Source of the DNA: Clostridia bacterium
GTDB taxonomy: Bacteria > Bacillota > Clostridia > HGM11514
DNA: 64,000 nucleotides
NCBI GenBank assembly: GCA_045586685.1
Contig: JAZNAU010000032.1
Coordinates: 1 to 64,000 of the forward strand
Reading direction: 5' to 3'
Shown here: positions 59,455 to 64,000 of the stretch, in pieces
How the letters are laid out: every line of letters begins with the position of its first letter
Numbering within the stretch: position 1 is the first letter of the stretch
Program-made: the position numbers and the translations under genes
The notes under the pieces: model-generated
What the model was told of the DNA's origin: nothing
Databases searched by the model: none
The model's input: only the letters and a program-made list of their open reading frames with translations

Positions 59455-60291
59455 TTATATAAGTTTTACTTGGAAATCTTCATTAAGAAGCATGGCTCTC
59501 TGGATTGTATGCCCGTCTTTGGTATGGAATTCCTTTATTCCGGTTTTCCTCTGCGAACAAAGCATCTTCACATCTTCCACTGTTGTTTTTCGTCCGAAGA
59601 TGTTCCTCCATATTACGAAATCACATTTGACGAGCATATTACGGAAATTACTGCAATTATATCCCTTTACTCCGGCATATATGAAACCTCCGCATTTAGG
59701 ACACTTGCATATTTTCCCGTCAAGGGTGAAGTTACCGTTCTCCTGTAACACCAGACAGGATGAAAATTCTTTTCCGTTGGCAATAAAGCCGTCAAGTACT
59801 TCTGTCCTCCCGTATTCGAGGCATTCTTCCGCTTCGGGTATGGATATTTCCCTTCCGCAAATTTCTTTCGGAATCCATACACCACAATGTTCATTCTCTT
59901 CCTTGAAGAAATTTTCACAAGCATACCCTTTCTGCATTTCCTTCACTTTACCTCCACATTTGGGACATCTGACGCTCAGAATGGCATTTTCACCCACGAC
60001 CTTTATCTTATTGCCGACAAGTTTCAGTATGGCGGTAAAGGGTTTCCCGTCCAAGGTATGAAAATTACGCTTCCCTGTTTTCCCTGCTGTTATAAGTTCC
60101 ACAGCATCGTCTTCTGTTAGTACATATCCGTCGTATGACTGGAAAATTGTGAATGTACATTTGTCCTGAAGGTTCTTGAAATAGTCACAAGTCCATCCTG
60201 CCGAACCTTGCAGCATCTGTCCTTTATGGCATACCGGGCATTCTCCGATTCGGTGAAGGACAACTTCCAAAGGCAAATCGTTCTGGTTCAT
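59455..60291 (-). CDS. stand-alone topoisomerase C-terminal Zn-ribbon repeat protein
   Basis: three CPxC...C...C.F.I repeats like the TopB C-terminus. Confidence 0.8.
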   Translation of the reverse strand: MNQNDLPLEVVLHRIGECPVCHKGQMLQGSAGWTCDYFKNLQDKCTFTIFQSYDGYVLTEDDAVELITAGKTGKRNFHTLDGKPFTAILKLVGNKIKVVGENAILSVRCPKCGGKVKEMQKGYACENFFKEENEHCGVWIPKEICGREISIPEAEECLEYGRTEVLDGFIANGKEFSSCLVLQENGNFTLDGKICKCPKCGGFIYAGVKGYNCSNFRNMLVKCDFVIWRNIFGRKTTVEDVKMLCSQRKTGIKEFHTKDGHTIQRAMLLNEDFQVKLI

Positions 60292-60295
60292 AATA

Positions 60296-60982
60296 TCATC
60301 GGCTCATTCTGTCAATATCCCTCTTTATCTGATTCTTGATGTTTTCACAGTTGACAAGCATATAATATTCCTTCGGTGCGAGATGACGGGCTATGTCCGC
60401 CCATCGGTACACCCTTATTTGATATTTCAAGGCTGTCAGGTTGCGGTTGATGGTGGAAAGTCTTCTGGTCACTTGTGTAAGGATCATGTTTCTTTCCGCA
60501 GAATTAAGTAGAACGGTTCCGTCGCTTTTAGTTACCAGTCCGGAGATATAGCCATAAAGGGCACTTGTTTCCTGTGTTATTTTTGAATATTGTTTGGAAA
60601 CCACGGTAGAAACGATAGCACCCTGTGGATGTCCGACAATGGCGTCCGTACATCCTCTAAGATTGTTGTATATCTGAGTTATCAGATCTCCGCAACGGTA
60701 GATATCATATGCGTTTCTGATAATGCTCTGTGTTTCCTTCAGATAATTGTACATCTTTTCTTCATATTGTCGGATTTCATCCAACTGGACAGATATGCCG
60801 GTATTGATACCGATAATCTGCAGCTGTTTGTCGTTTTCCTTCTTCAACTGGTTTTCCAGTGTTGTCTTCTCAAGTGCGACCGCTGCCGTCAGTGCCGGGT
60901 CAGTCTGTATCTGTGCCTTTGTCGTTTGTCCTATTGCCGCCAACAGAAAAAGGCATAATAATTTAGCGATTGGTGATTTCAT
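60296..60982 (-). CDS. exported helical protein (TraI-like)
   Basis: probable start MKSPIAK, signal peptide, QIQTDPALTAAV, LNSAER. Confidence 0.55.
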   Translation of the reverse strand: MKSPIAKLLCLFLLAAIGQTTKAQIQTDPALTAAVALEKTTLENQLKKENDKQLQIIGINTGISVQLDEIRQYEEKMYNYLKETQSIIRNAYDIYRCGDLITQIYNNLRGCTDAIVGHPQGAIVSTVVSKQYSKITQETSALYGYISGLVTKSDGTVLLNSAERNMILTQVTRRLSTINRNLTALKYQIRVYRWADIARHLAPKEYYMLVNCENIKNQIKRDIDRMSR

Positions 60983-61433
60983 AGATTTTCTTCTTCTCTT
61001 TACATTGTTCGACATGGGTACTGAGGAATTCCACAATTCTTACGTTTTCCTGTATACCGAAAATTATCAGAATCGGATGGCTCTTGTCACCGGATGTTAT
61101 GACCACTTCCTTTATCCCGAATATTTGTTGGATAAAGTTCTGCTGTTCTCTATAGTCTATTATCCGGTACAGTTCCATATAATCCGTTGTACGTTGGAAA
61201 ATGCCTCTTGCAAACTTTATCTGTGTTTCCGAGATTGACCAGGTGATGGTATTCAGGTAATACAGTCTGCCAAGCAGATATGCGAAGCATCCTAATGATA
61301 CTGCCAATCCGCATAGCATGAAGAATTTGTCCGGTAATCCTATGCATATTGTGGATACCGCCCATAGCAGCAAGCATCTGAATCCGTCAACGAACAGTTG
61401 CTTCATGGAAGGTTTCAGAATTATTTGGTTCAT
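60963..61433 (-). CDS. bacterial PH-domain (bPH_2) membrane protein
   Basis: 2 TM; RGIF..TTDYMELYRIIDY...QQIFG. Confidence 0.8.
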   Translation of the reverse strand: MNQIILKPSMKQLFVDGFRCLLLWAVSTICIGLPDKFFMLCGLAVSLGCFAYLLGRLYYLNTITWSISETQIKFARGIFQRTTDYMELYRIIDYREQQNFIQQIFGIKEVVITSGDKSHPILIIFGIQENVRIVEFLSTHVEQCKEKKKIYEITNR

Positions 61434-62671
61434 AATTTCCGTCCTCCCCGTCTTTGTTCCGATTCATATTCCATTTTCCTGTTCGCTTCCTCCTTTTCCT
61501 TTTCCCTGTTTCCTTCCTTTACCATCAGTACATCGTTCCAGTCCTTCATCGGCTCCGGAGCTTTCCATACCGTGAGTTTTTCCCTCAATCCGCTTCTTTC
61601 CCTGAAAGAATCATAAGAAAGCTTTTCCAATGGGACGGTAAATGCCTTTTCTCCTAAAGTAAAGCAAACATGTTGTCCGTCTGAAAATTCCTTTATCTGA
61701 CATTTCAAGTCTTTTCCCGCCATGATTGAGGCTGTTCTGCAATCATAGATGATACCGTTCAGGTCATTGTCGAAATGTAGGACAGGTTCTGCACCGGGAA
61801 AAGTTTCAAGCAGCTTCTTCATTTGTCCGTCTGCGAATGTTCCTCCGAATGAAACGAAAATACATTCATCCAGTTTGAGTCTAAGTCTGTTCACTTGTAC
61901 AAACGCCATTATATCCAATGCACTTTCTGCAATATGGATTTCATGAATCAATCCGGCATGCGGATGTGTTCCGAGGTATGCCATCCAACACGCATTGCTT
62001 GAGTTCGTCCCCTTTGCCTTTGACTTGAAGTTGTTGTATCCTCTCAGCTCATAACCTGCTATATCATCATTTCCTGGAATACGATAGGGAAAGGCAAGGT
62101 TCTTGAAATGGTACTTGCTTTGCTTGTCATGTACCATCTCTATGGAATTTCGGAACAACTCTGCCGTTTCTCTGCTGATACCTCTTTGGGAAAGGAATTT
62201 CATGGCACTTTCCACATTACCCTGTTCCCTGTCATATCTGTCGATGTCGAAGTCATCCGTCATGTCTTCTTCTTCCTTGTATTTACCCAGGAAATTTTCA
62301 ATTTTGTAGTCCGGGTCTTCCACCACATTGGCCAGACTTGCCAATACTTTGTTGATGGCATCTATTTCATTTCTTGCTCCAGCTGCCTGTGTAAAGGATG
62401 CAAGGTTTTCCCTGACAAAACTGATAAGGTCCCCGGAATCAACTTTCCCGGAGAGACTTCTTCTCCAATAACCCTGTGTTGCATTGTCATGAGGGTTTTT
62501 TATATAGATACTGTCCAACTCACCGCCTTTCCCGTCCGGAAGAATGAAATGGGGCTGTGTCTTGCTTCCTTTCTTCAATCTGCCTTTCGACGGATCATAC
62601 TTGTATCCGATATGTATTGCGGCATCAATGACACCGACACGTTCCTTGTAATATGCATAGTCATACTTCAT
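61430..62671 (-). CDS. TraP-like toprim/primase protein
   Basis: GDLISFV, FLSQRGIS, IAESALD, HFDND..G, KDWND. Confidence 0.8.
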   Translation of the reverse strand: MKYDYAYYKERVGVIDAAIHIGYKYDPSKGRLKKGSKTQPHFILPDGKGGELDSIYIKNPHDNATQGYWRRSLSGKVDSGDLISFVRENLASFTQAAGARNEIDAINKVLASLANVVEDPDYKIENFLGKYKEEEDMTDDFDIDRYDREQGNVESAMKFLSQRGISRETAELFRNSIEMVHDKQSKYHFKNLAFPYRIPGNDDIAGYELRGYNNFKSKAKGTNSSNACWMAYLGTHPHAGLIHEIHIAESALDIMAFVQVNRLRLKLDECIFVSFGGTFADGQMKKLLETFPGAEPVLHFDNDLNGIIYDCRTASIMAGKDLKCQIKEFSDGQHVCFTLGEKAFTVPLEKLSYDSFRERSGLREKLTVWKAPEPMKDWNDVLMVKEGNREKEKEEANRKMEYESEQRRGGRKL

Positions 62672-62982
62672 ATACCCATTCCTTTCTTGTTTTCTTTGTT
62701 TATGCGGAGAATCGCTTCATCCGCCTTTTCCTTTATTTTTCCGTTGGTTTCTGTGAGTTCCTTCATTATCTCCTCTTTCCTTTCTTGTTTTCCTTGTAGC
62801 TGAAATTCTTTCGAGCGGAAGTCCGTGTAAAGATTCTTGAGGTCATATTTGCTCAGGAATGTATCACGCTCCAAATTTAGGGTTTTATTTCCATATATAT
62901 CGGAAATGCCTTGAAAACCTTTCCTTGCAATCCATTCCAGTTTTTCCCTGTCCGGAGAAGTTTTTGTAGGAACCTTTTTCAT
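62668..62982 (-). CDS. hypothetical protein
   Basis: ORF coupled to the primase gene. Confidence 0.5.
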   Translation of the reverse strand: MKKVPTKTSPDREKLEWIARKGFQGISDIYGNKTLNLERDTFLSKYDLKNLYTDFRSKEFQLQGKQERKEEIMKELTETNGKIKEKADEAILRINKENKKGMGI

Positions 62983-63064
62983 TTCCCTGTCATTTTTCCG
63001 TTCCTCATTACTATCTCGATGAGACGGTTTTCAAATTTTTCATCCATAAGCCCAAATATTATAA

Positions 63065-64000
63065 TTATCTCTTCAATCCTCTTTCGGTCAGTTCATTTAT
63101 ACCTTTCGGGAAGTATTTCTCCGCCAGTTCCTCCTTTGACAGCTTTCCTTCAATGAATTTCTTCATTTCATTCTTCCTGAGTCTCTCTGCCGGTAGATAG
63201 TTCCCGTCCATCTTCACCCGTATCAAAGCCGTCCCGTCTGCAGTCGGTATGATGTCTATTTTCTGCCAGACTTTCCTGTTGTCCTCATACCCGATGAACG
63301 GTCTACGTTCATTGTTTTCAAGTATTCCTTCGTCGGATGCGGATTTCCATCCGATACCGTCCGATATGACACAGTCAGCAAGTTTGACGGTTCTTCCGCT
63401 TGCCCTGTTAACAAGTTCGTTCAGGTAGCTTGCACTCATCATCATCCTGTTCTCCGTATCTTTTCCGTAGATGATGGCAGCACATCCTCCGGCTGTGATG
63501 GTAGTATCCGCCATATAGTCAGCAATCCTTTCAAGGTTGCTTTTTGACAGTTCGCTGACCGGTATATGAAAGTTTCCGAGCACTTTCATGTTTGCGTTTA
63601 GAACAAGGAATGCATATTTTTCCCTTTCTCCGAACCGTTGGGAAGAAAGGAACATGGCCACGTCCCTGCTGCATGTTATCTGCATCATGTCAAGCAGTTT
63701 GTATTCCTTATTGAATACCATCCGGTCGAAGGAGAATACTGGAATTTCCACCATATCCTCATTCTTCTGTCTTTCATCAAATACAAAGCAGTCCTGTATG
63801 CTGTCGCTGAATATTCCGTATGCACCGGTATCACTGTTTAGAATGATACCCGGTTGCAGCTTGTTCCCGAAAGATTCCTTCATCCGCATCCAAAGTTCCT
63901 TGTCTTCCATGGACGCAAGTACTCTTCCCGACGGATGGTTGTGAACCAGATATATTTTCTCCGGTTTGAATTTCTTGTTTGCTTTCACTGCAGCCGCTAC
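63065..64000 (-). CDS. RadC/JAB-domain protein, 5'-partial
   Basis: YLVHNHPSG...SMED JAB motif followed by a degenerate second RadC-like unit; runs off the window. Confidence 0.7.
   Translation of the reverse strand, partial: VAAAVKANKKFKPEKIYLVHNHPSGRVLASMEDKELWMRMKESFGNKLQPGIILNSDTGAYGIFSDSIQDCFVFDERQKNEDMVEIPVFSFDRMVFNKEYKLLDMMQITCSRDVAMFLSSQRFGEREKYAFLVLNANMKVLGNFHIPVSELSKSNLERIADYMADTTITAGGCAAIIYGKDTENRMMMSASYLNELVNRASGRTVKLADCVISDGIGWKSASDEGILENNERRPFIGYEDNRKVWQKIDIIPTADGTALIRVKMDGNYLPAERLRKNEMKKFIEGKLSKEELAEKYFPKGINELTERGLKR

Overview
Part of a large Bacteroidales conjugative plasmid. It carries CTn-like tra genes (coupling protein, traO/N/M/K/J/G/F/E) interrupted by a type V pilus/fimbrillin cluster, a Rep_3 replicon with six iterons, an oriT with MobC and relaxase, and ParA/TraA. 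Accessory genes include two serine recombinases, a HEPN Abi gene, topoisomerase III, DNA methyltransferases, HU and a tRNA-Arg(CCT). There is a complete diversity-generating retroelement (target-MSL-avd-TR-RT); its 125-bp TR and VR differ at 21 positions, all TR adenines, and the target is a fimbrillin tip adhesin. Most striking: 35-bp Mpi/hix-like inverted repeats (25251-25285 and 32123-32157) bracket a 6.9-kb segment holding an invertase, rep, iterons, oriT, relaxase and traA/traB. Flipping it would join traAB to the downstream tra/pilus operon and re-aim oriT, a candidate phase switch for conjugation. The single mismatch between the repeats falls in the predicted crossover dinucleotide. Also seen: two dispersed promoter families, a duplicated kissing-loop leader RNA, and a probable sRNA antisense to the Abi leader. 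All protein assignments come from motif recognition by eye, not database searches.
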